A stretch of DNA of 64,000 nucleotides, from the NCBI GenBank assembly GCA_033763315.1, contig JANRKS010000017.1, positions 64,001 through 128,000 on the forward strand, read 5' to 3'. Shown here piece by piece: positions 37,516 to 47,654 of this stretch. Position numbers and translations under genes: made by a program. This DNA comes from Deltaproteobacteria bacterium. GTDB taxonomy: Bacteria; Myxococcota_A; Polyangia; Fen-1088. Below the pieces are notes generated by a model that searched no databases, was not told the DNA's origin, and was given only the letters and a program-made list of their open reading frames with translations. Numbering within the stretch: the first letter of the stretch is position 1; each line of letters begins with the position of its first letter.

Positions 37516-38328
37516 TTAGGCCGGGATGAGGCCGCGGAGGTACTTCACACTCTGCACGGTCCAATCATCCTCAAGCGCGACCGTGGCGTCGATGTTCTCC
37601 TGAGGTGGCGTCCACAGCTCGATGATGGCGTTCGGATCGCGGCCCATCTTGTGGAGCTGCTCAAGCAGCCACGGCACGTTCAACATGCCTTGCCCAGCGG
37701 GGCGTCCTTCAACGGTAAAACCCATCGAATGGCTGGCTCGCACGACTGTGAATTCTTTCACATGCAGGTTCACGCACAATGGCCCCAGCGTGGCCACGAC
37801 GTGGGCTGGGCCTTCAAGCGCGCCGAAGGAGTTGACCGTGTCGAGACAAACACCACAGTGCTTGCTGCCGATCTTTTCGATCATGCGGGCAATGCTCACG
37901 GCGCTGAAACGATCATGGTTTTCTATGGCCAAGGTGACGTTGGCCTTCTCGAAAGCCGGAATCACGCCACGCACAATACCCACGACCTCGTCCGGACTCG
38001 GGTGATGGGTTGCCGTGTCAACCACGACGCGCAGAACTTTGGAGCCAAAGCGTTGTGCGAGCGCGAGGTACGAGAGGAGGTGCGAGGGCCCGATACCCCG
38101 CGTGCCCACTTCGACGGCCACTTCAAGCGCGTTGGCGCGTGCTTCAAGTTGCGCCAGTTCGGCCGCCGGCAGTTCATCCAGAGGGATGTTGTCTGCGATT
38201 TGCACGCGGCGCAGACCCAATTCGTGGGCGCGCTCAACCAAGCCTTGGCCTGTCATGGGTTTCGCAGGCAGACTGCCAGGAACGCCGATGGACCAAGTGT
38301 ATGTATACGAGCCAATCCCGAGTTGCAT
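37516..38328 (-). CDS. Sugar phosphate isomerase/epimerase family TIM barrel
   Basis: LAIENHD, CLDTVNS, NLHVKEF, G.G.L, IIELW. Confidence 0.85.
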   Translation of the reverse strand: MQLGIGSYTYTWSIGVPGSLPAKPMTGQGLVERAHELGLRRVQIADNIPLDELPAAELAQLEARANALEVAVEVGTRGIGPSHLLSYLALAQRFGSKVLRVVVDTATHHPSPDEVVGIVRGVIPAFEKANVTLAIENHDRFSAVSIARMIEKIGSKHCGVCLDTVNSFGALEGPAHVVATLGPLCVNLHVKEFTVVRASHSMGFTVEGRPAGQGMLNVPWLLEQLHKMGRDPNAIIELWTPPQENIDATVALEDDWTVQSVKYLRGLIPA

Positions 38329-38393
38329 TTACTTGTGTAACAGAAAAGCACAAAATGTATCGCCCGACAATGTGCATGTGATAGCCTTTTAAG

Positions 38394-39089
38394 ATGCTTC
38401 TCGAAAAGTTGCGCGCGGAAGTGCTCGACGCCAACCTCGAACTGCAACGTCGCGGTTTGGTGGTGTACACGTTCGGTAACGTGAGCGGCATTTCGCGTCA
38501 AGACGGGCTCGTGGTCATTAAACCGAGCGGCGTTCCCTACGACGCGATGAAGGCAGAGGATTTGGTGATCACGGATCTGGACGGAAAGGTTGTGGAGGGG
38601 AAGCTGCGTCCCTCGTCAGATCTCGCCACGCATCTGGTGCTCTACCGCGCGTTCCCTGAATTGGGAGGCGTGGTTCACACGCATTCCACCTACGCCACCG
38701 CGTGGGCACAAAGCGGCCGTGAGATCCCTTGCTTCGGCACCACGCACGCCGATTATTTTCACGGCAGCATTCCATTGACCCAACCGCTTCGCGACGACGA
38801 GATCAAGGGCGAGTACGAAGCAAACACCGGTAAGGGCATTGTCCGTCGCTTCGAAGCTTTGGATCCGATGAAGTTCCCTGGCGTGCTGGTGGTGGGGCAC
38901 GGACCGTTTTGTTGGGGCCGCACGGCCGATGATGCCGCGCACATGGCTGTGATCATGGAAGAGCTCGCGCGCATGGCGTTTTTATCAGTGTCACTGACGC
39001 CCTCGCTACCGCCCTTGCCGCAGGCTTTAACGGACAAGCACTTTTTGCGTAAGCACGGCCCTGGCGCCTATTACGGGCAAAGCAAATAA
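38394..39089 (+). CDS. araD: L-ribulose-5-phosphate 4-epimerase
   Basis: FGNVSG, VIKPSGV, PSSD..TH, GGVVHTHS, GTTHADYF, HFLRKHGPGAYYGQ. Confidence 0.95.
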   Translation: MLLEKLRAEVLDANLELQRRGLVVYTFGNVSGISRQDGLVVIKPSGVPYDAMKAEDLVITDLDGKVVEGKLRPSSDLATHLVLYRAFPELGGVVHTHSTYATAWAQSGREIPCFGTTHADYFHGSIPLTQPLRDDEIKGEYEANTGKGIVRRFEALDPMKFPGVLVVGHGPFCWGRTADDAAHMAVIMEELARMAFLSVSLTPSLPPLPQALTDKHFLRKHGPGAYYGQSK

Positions 39090-39110
39090 AGCGCACCAAA
39101 GTCGGCCGCT

Positions 39111-40682
39111 TTATACGCGCGCCGACAGCTTGCGCAAGGTGGGCAGAACATCACCGAACGACGCGGGCTCCGCGTTGGGTTTGCCGAAACCGAAATAGAG
39201 CTTCTCGTAAAGAGCGAAGAGCGCTGCATACGTTGCCTGCGCTTCAGGGTTCGGCTCGAATGTGCGGTATTTAGGGCACAAGGCCTCTTGTGCCTCTTGC
39301 ACGGTGCGGAACGTGCCTGCCGCTAGGAAAGCGAATATGGCAGAGCCCAAACTTGTGACCTCGGTCTCGGGCACCAGCACTGGTTTGCCGATCACGTTGG
39401 CGTAGACCTGGTTTAGCACCGCGTTTTTCTGGGGGATGCCGCCGCCGTTGATCACGCGATCGATGCGCACGCCGTGTTGACTCATGCGTTCAAGGATCAC
39501 GCGTGTGTGCATGGCGGTGCCCTCGATCGCGGCAAACAGTTCGTCTTGCGCGGTGTGGGTCAAATTCCATCCGAACGTCACGCCGCCGAGCTCTGGGTTC
39601 ACGAGCACCGTGCGATCACCATTGTCCCACGCGAGGCGTAGCAAACCTGTTTGCGCCGGCTTGTAGTGTTCCAGACCTTGCGAGAGGGCTGCCACCGTTG
39701 TGCTGGCACGCTTGGCGATGGCCTCAAAGATATCGCCCGTGGCTGAAAGGCCCGCTTCAATGCCGAAATGGTCGGGATCTACAGAGCCTTTGACCACGCC
39801 ACACAGGCCCGGAATCAAATCAACAGACTTCGCCATCGCTATGATGCAGGTTGAAGTGCCCACCACATTGACGACGTCGCCTTCGCGACAACCTGCGCCC
39901 AAGGCGTCCCAGTGAGCGTCGAACGCGCCCGTGGGGATAGGGATGCCGGCCGCAAGGCCCAACCGATCGGCCCACACGGGGCTAAGGCGCCCGGCGATGC
40001 GGTTCGATGTGGCATAGCGCCCATTGAGGCGATCGCGCACTTGCCCCAAGAAGGGATCGACCTTGTTCAAGAACGCCTCGGAGGGCAGTCCGCCCAAAGC
40101 TTCGTTCCACAGCCATTTATGCCCCATGGCGCACACACTGCGGGGAACATCAGCGGCGTTGGTGATGCCGCACAAGACGGCGGCCACCATATCGCAGTGC
40201 TCAAGCGCGGTGACGAAGCGGCTGCGCTTGTCGGGGTTGTTGCGAAGCCAATGCAGCAGCTTTGCGAATCCCCATTCGGACGAATACACGCCACCGCACC
40301 ACTTGATCGCTTCCAGATTCTCCGCGTGCGCGATGGCTGTGATTTCTGCGGCCTCAGCGTGGGCCCTGTGATCACACCACAAGTAGTAATCATCGAGTGG
40401 CTCCAGGTTTTCTCCCACGGGGATGACCGTTGAGCCCGTTGTGTCGAGCGCGAGCGCGGCCACCGCTTGACCCTCAACGCCCGCGGTGGCCAACGCCGCC
40501 CGTGTGGCTTTGGCAAGCGCCGCTAGGTGATCTTCATGTCGCTGGGTTGCGAAGTCGACGTTGTCGCGGCTGCGTTGAACGGGGTATTCGCTGCTCGCCG
40601 AACCGAGCCGCCCACGGACGCTGTCGACGATGGAAACGCGAACGCTCTGGGTGCCAAAATCAACCCCTGCAACGATGGCCAT
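39111..40682 (-). CDS. araB: Ribulokinase (FGGY family)
   Basis: GVDFGTQSVR, LDTTGST, WCDHRA, GG.YSSEW.FAK, RS.CAMGHK, GAFDAH, NGDRT.L, GGI.QKN. Confidence 0.9.
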   Translation of the reverse strand: MAIVAGVDFGTQSVRVSIVDSVRGRLGSASSEYPVQRSRDNVDFATQRHEDHLAALAKATRAALATAGVEGQAVAALALDTTGSTVIPVGENLEPLDDYYLWCDHRAHAEAAEITAIAHAENLEAIKWCGGVYSSEWGFAKLLHWLRNNPDKRSRFVTALEHCDMVAAVLCGITNAADVPRSVCAMGHKWLWNEALGGLPSEAFLNKVDPFLGQVRDRLNGRYATSNRIAGRLSPVWADRLGLAAGIPIPTGAFDAHWDALGAGCREGDVVNVVGTSTCIIAMAKSVDLIPGLCGVVKGSVDPDHFGIEAGLSATGDIFEAIAKRASTTVAALSQGLEHYKPAQTGLLRLAWDNGDRTVLVNPELGGVTFGWNLTHTAQDELFAAIEGTAMHTRVILERMSQHGVRIDRVINGGGIPQKNAVLNQVYANVIGKPVLVPETEVTSLGSAIFAFLAAGTFRTVQEAQEALCPKYRTFEPNPEAQATYAALFALYEKLYFGFGKPNAEPASFGDVLPTLRKLSARV

Positions 40683-40874
40683 GTTGCGAACGAGTTTAGC
40701 AGCGCTATCTCACTAGGTACCATAATATTTCATGCTGTATCAGTTCTGGCGACCGGTTGGCAGGCCCTGGTCCGCGGCGCTATGCACGATGGTGCATCAA
40801 AACGTCCGTCTATGTGCACACGCATCGTTGCATTGGTGTTTGTTTGCTTTGCGTCGCCTCTTCGTCGTTGCCTT

Positions 40875-40904
40875 GGGAAGAAAACTTAGCGCTGCGCACT
40901 CTAT
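40875..40904 (+). promoter_or_regulatory. Putative ECF-sigma promoter, copy 1
   Basis: GGGAAG (40875-40880) - N18 - CTCTAT (40899-40904); the GTG start is 6 nt downstream, so the transcript is possibly leaderless. Confidence 0.75.
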
Positions 40905-40910
40905 CTTTGC

Positions 40911-42086
40911 GTGCAGAACAACGCTCGTCACGCAAGGTGCGCTTTGGCTTTCGCTTTCTTGATTGGTGCGTGCTCATCGCCGCCTCCGGAGCCCGGTTCG
41001 GGCGCGGGGGGCGCGGCGGCGGGCGGGGGTGCTGGTTCAGGAAACGGTTCGGCAGGATCCGGTGGTGCAAATTCTGGTTCAGGGGGGATGCCGCCGAGCG
41101 GCGGTAGCGGGGCCGCAGGCTCCTCGAACACAACGGGGGGCAGCGGAGGAGTTGCCTCTGCAGGCGTTCTTGGTCATCCAAAAGCGGGAACGACCTATCC
41201 GGCGCGTAACGGCTTCACGCTGGCGCTGGTGGAGGAGTTCGATGCACCTCTTGATCTCGATAAGGATCCTATCTGGACGTGGTCTGACGGCGGGCTCTCC
41301 GAAGGCGCCGTGCGCTTTGTAAAAGACGCCATATCCTTTGAAGGCGGCATGATGAAGTTGACGGCGTCGAAGTCGCAGGTGCCGGGATCCGATTCTTATG
41401 CTGAACCTGTGTCGAATGCCCCCAAGGGCTTCGTTCCCCTTAAGCCCCTAAAAAGTGGTGAGGTGCGCTCGCGGTTCAACAACTTCCGCTATGGGCGATA
41501 TGAGGTTCGCCTCAAACCTCCCACATCTGATGGCAACTTTATTTCCACGTTGTTCACGTTCCGCACGCCGAAATTCGAGGACTGGCGCGAAATCGACATT
41601 GAGATCACGGCCGACAAACCCAACACCGTGGGCACCAATGTGATCTATGCCAACAACGTGGGGGCGTGGAACGCTTCCATTCAAGAATTCGTCACCGATT
41701 TTCCTGAGGGACCTGACGCAAAAGCGCTCCCTGCGGGTTTCTCACATCAAAACGAATTTCACGAATATGCGTTTGAGTGGTTGCCAGATTCCATCACATG
41801 GTTCGTTGATGGCGTTCCCGTGCGCGTGAAGAAGGCGGGTGCGGGTCTGAAAATCCCCGAAAAATCGGCCAAGGTCATGATGAACTTGTGGATTTTTGCG
41901 ACCTCGGGCGGCTTTGGCGGTGATCCCACAAAGAATGTTTACCCGATGACCGCCCAGTACGATTGGTTTCGGTATTACCGCTGGAACAACGACAAGGATT
42001 ACCCTTGCGCCAATCCACCCGGTTGCTTGCCCGCTGACGATCTGAACAAGAGCAAGAATAACCCCGACGACGGCCTCACTCCCTAG
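40911..42086 (+). CDS. GH16 glycoside hydrolase lipoprotein (EIDIE, lichenase-like)
   Basis: Lipobox LIGAC, Gly/Ser linker, SGEVRS...YGRYEVR, WREIDIE, FHEYAFEW.PD.ITW.VDG, MMNLW, YDWFRYY. Confidence 0.9.
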   Translation: MQNNARHARCALAFAFLIGACSSPPPEPGSGAGGAAAGGGAGSGNGSAGSGGANSGSGGMPPSGGSGAAGSSNTTGGSGGVASAGVLGHPKAGTTYPARNGFTLALVEEFDAPLDLDKDPIWTWSDGGLSEGAVRFVKDAISFEGGMMKLTASKSQVPGSDSYAEPVSNAPKGFVPLKPLKSGEVRSRFNNFRYGRYEVRLKPPTSDGNFISTLFTFRTPKFEDWREIDIEITADKPNTVGTNVIYANNVGAWNASIQEFVTDFPEGPDAKALPAGFSHQNEFHEYAFEWLPDSITWFVDGVPVRVKKAGAGLKIPEKSAKVMMNLWIFATSGGFGGDPTKNVYPMTAQYDWFRYYRWNNDKDYPCANPPGCLPADDLNKSKNNPDDGLTP

Positions 42087-42088
42087 GC

Positions 42089-42730
42089 GTGGCTATGCGC
42101 TGCTTTGTGCCGCTGCTTGCGGCCGGTGTTTGTGCGTGCGGCGCCGATGAAGCGCTCACACGCGTGAACCATCCGGGGCCGCTCGATGAAACGTTTGCTG
42201 TGTCGTCGTTCTTCACGCCCAGTGGCTACATGGGCGATGGCGAAAACCTGGGCTTGCTCAACGGGAAAGTGAACGAAGGTTGCAAAGCCCGGCCCACGGG
42301 CGCCCAAGGCGATTGCTACGTATTCGAGTACCGCGTCGGCGCCCTTGGGTGGGCGGGCGTTTACTGGGTTTACCCTGCAAACAACTGGGGTTCGCGTCCT
42401 GGGCGCAAAGTGCAGGGGGCAGGGTTTAAGAACGTTCGGTTGAAGGCGGCTGTCGATCCGCCGGGAACCACAGTGAACTTCGTTGTGGGTGGCATTGCCG
42501 ATCCGCTGTTGCCCCACCGCGACCGCGTGTCGGCGACGACGAGCGTGAAGCTGAGCAAGGACTGGACGGATGTGGAACTTGACATTGCGGGCCAAGACTT
42601 CTCAGAAGTGATAGGCGCCTTGGCGTGGTCAATGGCCTATCCCACGGCGTTAGGAGATCGCGGTGTGGCGCGCGTTTACCTCGACGACGTGGTGTGGGAC
42701 ATCAACGCCAGCAAAGTTGCGGCACCATGA
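42089..42730 (+). CDS. CBM-like (beta-sandwich) lipoprotein, paralog A
   Basis: Lipobox VCAC; PSGYMGD, C..RP....GDC, WAGVYW.YP.NNWG, YLDDVVW; aromatic-rich with no catalytic motif. Confidence 0.65.
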   Translation: MAMRCFVPLLAAGVCACGADEALTRVNHPGPLDETFAVSSFFTPSGYMGDGENLGLLNGKVNEGCKARPTGAQGDCYVFEYRVGALGWAGVYWVYPANNWGSRPGRKVQGAGFKNVRLKAAVDPPGTTVNFVVGGIADPLLPHRDRVSATTSVKLSKDWTDVELDIAGQDFSEVIGALAWSMAYPTALGDRGVARVYLDDVVWDINASKVAAP

Positions 42731-44481
42731 GACATAGACTGGCGCTGCTGGTCGCTATCGGAGCCTGCGCCTGGGCGATTCCTGCGACGGCGCAAGACGC
42801 AGAACACACGATGCAGAATCCTTACGCCTGTCTCGGCGCTTACGAGGCGGCGGCCAAGGACCACACCATCGCGCAAATGCGTGGTGAGTTAAAAGCGCTG
42901 TTGGCGCGCCAACTGGATGCAGATCTTGGGCGCGACACCTTGGCGGTGGACGCGTGCGTGATTGGTCGTTTGAAAGCCCGCCTCGGTGACGGTGACGCGT
43001 GGGAGTTCTTCGAGCATGCGATTGCCTTGGCACCTCACGAGCCGGGGTTCGAGATGTTTGCTGGCGATTATTGGAGCGGTGTGCGTGGGGCGCATGGGCC
43101 TCTCGCCGCTCGCGCCGAAGATCGCTACCAAGCCGCGCTCACAAAACTGGCGACTTTGCGCGCGGAGGGTAGAGCGCGGCCGTTTCATGATTTGGTCGAA
43201 GAGTGGGTGACCAAACGCTTGATGGTGTTGCATCAGCAAGATGGCGTTGTATTGCTGCCGTGGGCCGATCCGGGGCCTGCCCGCTGGCGGCTGGCACTTG
43301 GTAGCCAGTGGCGCGGCAGCGTTGACACGCGCGATTTCTTCTACAACAACGAGATGAGGCGCTTTGCGGCCGAGGTGATGTTTGCGAATTCCGACGTGCG
43401 CGCAAACGGAAAACTGAACGCGCGCGACGCATGGGACCTGGCGCGGGCGCCGTTGCGTTTGCAGATGGATAACAACTTGCGTCTGCGGCACGTGTGGGCC
43501 GGGCAATTCGATCTTGTGCATTCACAGCACGACGCGCGGCAAACGCAGGTTACAAACTTTTACGATCCCAACCAGATCTTCTCCGATGTGCAGGTACAAG
43601 AGCTGGGCGGGGCTTACACGCAAGCGGTTGCGTTGCCCTGGGCGTTGGACGCGCGCTTGACGCTGGGCTACCGGCGCGTGGACCGCGTGGGCGTGATCGA
43701 GTTTTGGCCCACCAAGCATGAGGCCTTCAATCTGTTCGAGGCACGGCCAAGCCTCGCGAAGTTTGTGGGTTCAAGCAAGGTGTCTTTGGACGGCGTCTAC
43801 GTGCGCATGGATCTACCTGATACGACGGGGGTTCAGGATCAGCGCATGCGGCAAAAGGTGATTCGCGCGCTGGTGCTCGATTGGGCGATCTATGCGCCCG
43901 TGCCGTTGCCGAACGGCGATGCAGGCGTGCTTGGGTTGCGGCCGACGCCGATCCGAGGTTGGCACTTTTACGCCGGCGCGGCGCAAGACCAAGAGGTGTA
44001 TGGCTTGCGCATGGTCACTTTTACCGACCTCTATGCGGGCACCAGGTTTGAAGGCAACGGCGTGTGGGATATCGGGTTGCAGGGCACGTACTTGTTAAGC
44101 CGCAGCACTTTGGTGGATGCCAACGATGTGCAATCGAAGCTTTATAGTGATCCGACGCAAGATTTCGACGGCGTGCAGCTGTCGCTGTTGCCACAACTGC
44201 GCGTCGTGGATCCCGATGCCAAGCCTGGCACTTCAGTCGGGTTTTGGGCGCTTGATTCGCTGATGGTCGTGTTTCCGCTGCAGGCCAGCCTCACCAGCAA
44301 GGGCAACGATCAATTTCGCAACGTCCGCGGCGGCGCGCAGGCCTGGATGAAGCTGTTTGCCGGCCAGCAGGGCACGGCATTTTTGGTGACTGCGGGTGTG
44401 GACGTGCAACATTTCCCCGCGCTTGGCAAAACCATGGCGCTGGGGCAGGTGGCATTGCGAATGGGCTGGGGCGAGCTGTGA
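42727..44481 (+). CDS. Predicted outer-membrane protein (helical/TPR-like N-terminus + beta-barrel), paralog A
   Basis: ATGA-coupled to the upstream gene; Sec signal; amphipathic beta-strands; C-terminal GQVALRMGWGEL. Confidence 0.6.
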   Translation: MRHRLALLVAIGACAWAIPATAQDAEHTMQNPYACLGAYEAAAKDHTIAQMRGELKALLARQLDADLGRDTLAVDACVIGRLKARLGDGDAWEFFEHAIALAPHEPGFEMFAGDYWSGVRGAHGPLAARAEDRYQAALTKLATLRAEGRARPFHDLVEEWVTKRLMVLHQQDGVVLLPWADPGPARWRLALGSQWRGSVDTRDFFYNNEMRRFAAEVMFANSDVRANGKLNARDAWDLARAPLRLQMDNNLRLRHVWAGQFDLVHSQHDARQTQVTNFYDPNQIFSDVQVQELGGAYTQAVALPWALDARLTLGYRRVDRVGVIEFWPTKHEAFNLFEARPSLAKFVGSSKVSLDGVYVRMDLPDTTGVQDQRMRQKVIRALVLDWAIYAPVPLPNGDAGVLGLRPTPIRGWHFYAGAAQDQEVYGLRMVTFTDLYAGTRFEGNGVWDIGLQGTYLLSRSTLVDANDVQSKLYSDPTQDFDGVQLSLLPQLRVVDPDAKPGTSVGFWALDSLMVVFPLQASLTSKGNDQFRNVRGGAQAWMKLFAGQQGTAFLVTAGVDVQHFPALGKTMALGQVALRMGWGEL

Positions 44482-44505
44482 GCCCTGCCGCGATTTGAAG
44501 GGGCG

Positions 44506-46311
44506 CTACTCGATCGGCAGGTAACAGCGGCGCGCATCGGCGTCGCATACTTCACCCGCGCCACAGCGTTCAACCGAGCCCGCAGGGGCGTCGGGACGAC
44601 AGCGCAATTGTTCCGTCCAAAAGCCTAGGTGGTTGTGTTGTTGCGGGGCCTGAAAAGGCAGCCATACCGGAGGCGATGACGGATCTTGCCCGGGCGCTAA
44701 GTTTCCCACGTTGATGGCGGCCATCCACAGCTGCGGCCAGCCGCTATTGGGTAAAATGCTATTGGGCACAACAAAGCCATAATCCGCGCGGGAATTGAAG
44801 GTGATGAACATGAGCTTGTTGTTGTCCTGTTGAAACGGCGCGAATTTCGGCCACGTGCTGGTCAGGTCGGTTCCAATGCTTGCGTTACGCATATCGAACA
44901 CCTCGCCCGTGGCCACCTTGACCAGTCGCAAACGGCTATCGACGTTGTCGTAACTGCTACGACCCTCTTGCTTCTTTGCAGAGACGAAGGCTATCCACTC
45001 ACCGTCCGGAGACCACGTGGGGTAGTAGTGAAACAAATCCGTCGTCTCAGGAACCACGATTCTCCCTTTCCCAAAGGCGCTGTCCTTGAAGGGAATCACG
45101 GCAATTGAGCCATTGAGCACAGACCAAGGCGTGACGTCGTTCGTGCTGACGGTAACCGACACAGAGTCCCCGCGCGGCGACCATTCGGGGAAAAATACCT
45201 TTCCTGTGAGTCCCGCGGCTTGCGGGTTAAGTTTCGTCACAAGGGCTCCGTCGGCGGTACGTAGAACTGAAAGTTGCCCGTTCGATAGCGTGGCGCGATC
45301 GTCGTAGCTCACGAGCACGAGATCCCCAAGCGGGCTAATGCTGCTCATGCTTGCCGGAACGGCCGCTTGGCTGCCAACAATAGGTGCGCCTGGATTATCG
45401 GTAGGCCCTAAGTAAAGGCTGCCCCTTGACGTGCCAGTTGTGAGTGAGATCAGCATGCCGTTGCGGCTGACGGAATGGCATCCGCCGCACTCTGTTGGGT
45501 TCGCGGTGCTGGCAGGCGTGATGAATGGCGTTGCCTTCTTGCCACCGAACACCATCCGCGAGACGACCCCTGTTCGGGTGCCATCTTGCGACGACCAATA
45601 ATAGAAACCTCCCATCACACTCTTGGGCGAAAAACGCAACTTCACCGGCTGTGAACGTGCGACGGCGCCACCCGCAATCTGGGCGCCCTCAATGGAGAGA
45701 AACAATGTGTGCCCTTTGTTGGCCGCGGACACGTTCTTCCAAAGCCATTCGGGCAAAGTGTAAGTGCACTGTTCTTGCGGCGGGGGTGGGCTTACAGGCT
45801 CCTGGGGCCCCCATTCCGGCCGCCTGCAAGGCAGGTAGAAGTCGTACGTCTGAGTGCCGGCGAGGTGGGCGTGAAAAAGCGTCTGTTGATCGCCCCTGGC
45901 ACGCCACCACTGCAGTGTGATCTCTGGCAGGTTCGCCGGGTGCAACGCGCCCTCAAGGGGGTACACGATGCGTGGCGCCTGCGAAGCATCGGGGTCCGTG
46001 GGGCCGCCGAACGCATCAACCAATGAGCTTGAAACTTCGGGCGTGGCCACAAAGCAGCGCTCGCCACAATTCCACGCAGGCGTGGGTGGCACCGGTTCGT
46101 CGTCACAGCCAGGCGTGTTGGGCAGGCATGTGCGGGCGGCATCGAGAAAGTCAGGCAATGAGAACGCATCGCCTTCGGCGTCGGCCCTTGCCATCATCCC
46201 GGCGTCTGCAACGGGCTCACCCACGACTTCCGTAATCCTTTGGCATTGCAGCTGCGTCAGGAGTGACGCAAGCGTTGTGGCACGCACAAGAAAAGAAGCG
46301 GTGGTTCCCAC
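44506..46311 (-). CDS. TolB-like (PD40) beta-propeller protein, probable lipoprotein, paralog A
   Basis: FFPEWSPRG, YYPTWSPDGEWIAF, TWPKFAP, PQLWMAA, PPVWLPFQ; CGGCH at 45475-45489. Start placed at GTG 46311, just after the FecR stop. Confidence 0.75.
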   Translation of the reverse strand: MGTTASFLVRATTLASLLTQLQCQRITEVVGEPVADAGMMARADAEGDAFSLPDFLDAARTCLPNTPGCDDEPVPPTPAWNCGERCFVATPEVSSSLVDAFGGPTDPDASQAPRIVYPLEGALHPANLPEITLQWWRARGDQQTLFHAHLAGTQTYDFYLPCRRPEWGPQEPVSPPPPQEQCTYTLPEWLWKNVSAANKGHTLFLSIEGAQIAGGAVARSQPVKLRFSPKSVMGGFYYWSSQDGTRTGVVSRMVFGGKKATPFITPASTANPTECGGCHSVSRNGMLISLTTGTSRGSLYLGPTDNPGAPIVGSQAAVPASMSSISPLGDLVLVSYDDRATLSNGQLSVLRTADGALVTKLNPQAAGLTGKVFFPEWSPRGDSVSVTVSTNDVTPWSVLNGSIAVIPFKDSAFGKGRIVVPETTDLFHYYPTWSPDGEWIAFVSAKKQEGRSSYDNVDSRLRLVKVATGEVFDMRNASIGTDLTSTWPKFAPFQQDNNKLMFITFNSRADYGFVVPNSILPNSGWPQLWMAAINVGNLAPGQDPSSPPVWLPFQAPQQHNHLGFWTEQLRCRPDAPAGSVERCGAGEVCDADARRCYLPIE

Positions 46312-46325
46312 GAGGTTGCCGGCTG

Positions 46326-47654
46326 TTACGGCCTCGTTAGAGCTTGCAACGATTCTTTGGCGTCTGCAACGTGTCGGCCCCGTGGATACTCCCTTAAATA
46401 CTTGAGCCAGGCCACGCGTGCGTCTGGGCTCTTGAGCAGGCTCAAACAGGTGGCACGGTGAAAAGCCGCGTCGTCCTTGCTGGCCGGGGCGCCGGCCGAG
46501 ATCAGTGACGTATCGTAATACCCAATGGCCACACCACAATTGCCCGCCGTGCGCGTGAGATCGCCTGCTACGCGTGCGACGTCCGAACGGCGTTCACTGG
46601 CCGGAAAGCGACGCAGGAACGCTTGCGCTTCTGCAAGCGCTTCGTCGCGTCTACCTAAGGACGCCAACGTATCGACCAGTGATACGTCGGTTTCCATGCG
46701 CAGCGAGCCTGCGGGAAAGCGCGTGCGGTACGTGCGCCACGTGGCCACGGCGCGACTCGGATCGCTTAGGTCTTCGCGGTAGATGGCGGCCATCTCGTAA
46801 AGTGCGTTTTGTGCGGCCAATCCTGATCCGCGGGCCAACCGTTGGTAAAGCGCCAGCGCTTCTTGCGGCTTATGGTTCGCACGCGCGGCTCGCGCGGCTA
46901 CAGCCAAATGCTGCTCTTCGCTTGGTTCGGCTTTCGGCGCCATCATTGTGACTGGCACGCGTGGGGGGGGCGCGATGTCGATGTTGCGTGCGATGCTCCA
47001 TGATTCGCCTGGTCCTAGACGCACCACGCGGCGCTGCTGCCAGATCTCCACCACCCCGTCTTGCACATCCACAGCCAGCCGGTTGGGTGAAGTATCAACA
47101 ACGAAGCGCGTGCCTGCCACCTGCACGCGGTATTCGGCAAACTTAACGACGAAGCGGTGCCCGGAGGCTTGCGGAGGCACATCGAACGCCACTTTCCCGC
47201 TTTGCACCTCGGGCACGCCTTCGTGATCCAGATGCAACCGCGACGATGGCTGCACATCAGCTTTGGCGTTGCCAGCCACGATCCGCGTGATGCGCTCGTC
47301 GTTGGATGTTTGAATCGTCACGTCGGTAAGGGCCGGCGGCTCTTCTAAGCGTTCGATGCGCCGACGCTGTGGCGCTACCACGGGTGCCTGCGCCACCACC
47401 GAAGTGTGACGTTGTTGCGAGATGTACATTGCCACGCCCGCCGTGCCACACGCCGCGGCCGCCAGGCTGGCCCACAACAGTGTTCGGCGCGGCGCTTGTG
47501 GCGCACGCAGCTGGGGCTCGATGCGAAGCCACAGACGACGCTGCCTGAGATCCGACGGCGGCCCCTGCCGTGCTTCATCCAAAGCTTGCCGCAGCCCTTG
47601 CGTCTGCGGGCTTGACTCGCCATCTGTCTCCAACCACCTGCCATCCCGCCTCAC
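46326..47654 (-). CDS. FecR-domain anti-sigma factor with C-terminal TPR repeats
   Basis: GTGA overlap with the sigma stop; TM helix; FecR G.V.FDV......FVV......V.V.GTRFVV......VDV.DG.V; TPRs (A...WRTYR.RFPAG.L; YLREYPRG). Confidence 0.85.
   Translation of the reverse strand: MRRDGRWLETDGESSPQTQGLRQALDEARQGPPSDLRQRRLWLRIEPQLRAPQAPRRTLLWASLAAAACGTAGVAMYISQQRHTSVVAQAPVVAPQRRRIERLEEPPALTDVTIQTSNDERITRIVAGNAKADVQPSSRLHLDHEGVPEVQSGKVAFDVPPQASGHRFVVKFAEYRVQVAGTRFVVDTSPNRLAVDVQDGVVEIWQQRRVVRLGPGESWSIARNIDIAPPPRVPVTMMAPKAEPSEEQHLAVAARAARANHKPQEALALYQRLARGSGLAAQNALYEMAAIYREDLSDPSRAVATWRTYRTRFPAGSLRMETDVSLVDTLASLGRRDEALAEAQAFLRRFPASERRSDVARVAGDLTRTAGNCGVAIGYYDTSLISAGAPASKDDAAFHRATCLSLLKSPDARVAWLKYLREYPRGRHVADAKESLQALTRP

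Noticed and set aside
10057-38340. Long antisense or alternative-frame ORFs (e.g. 10057-11004, 27992-28927, 37375-38340)
   Set aside because: They overlap well-supported genes on the opposite strand and lack motifs; typical of high-GC DNA.
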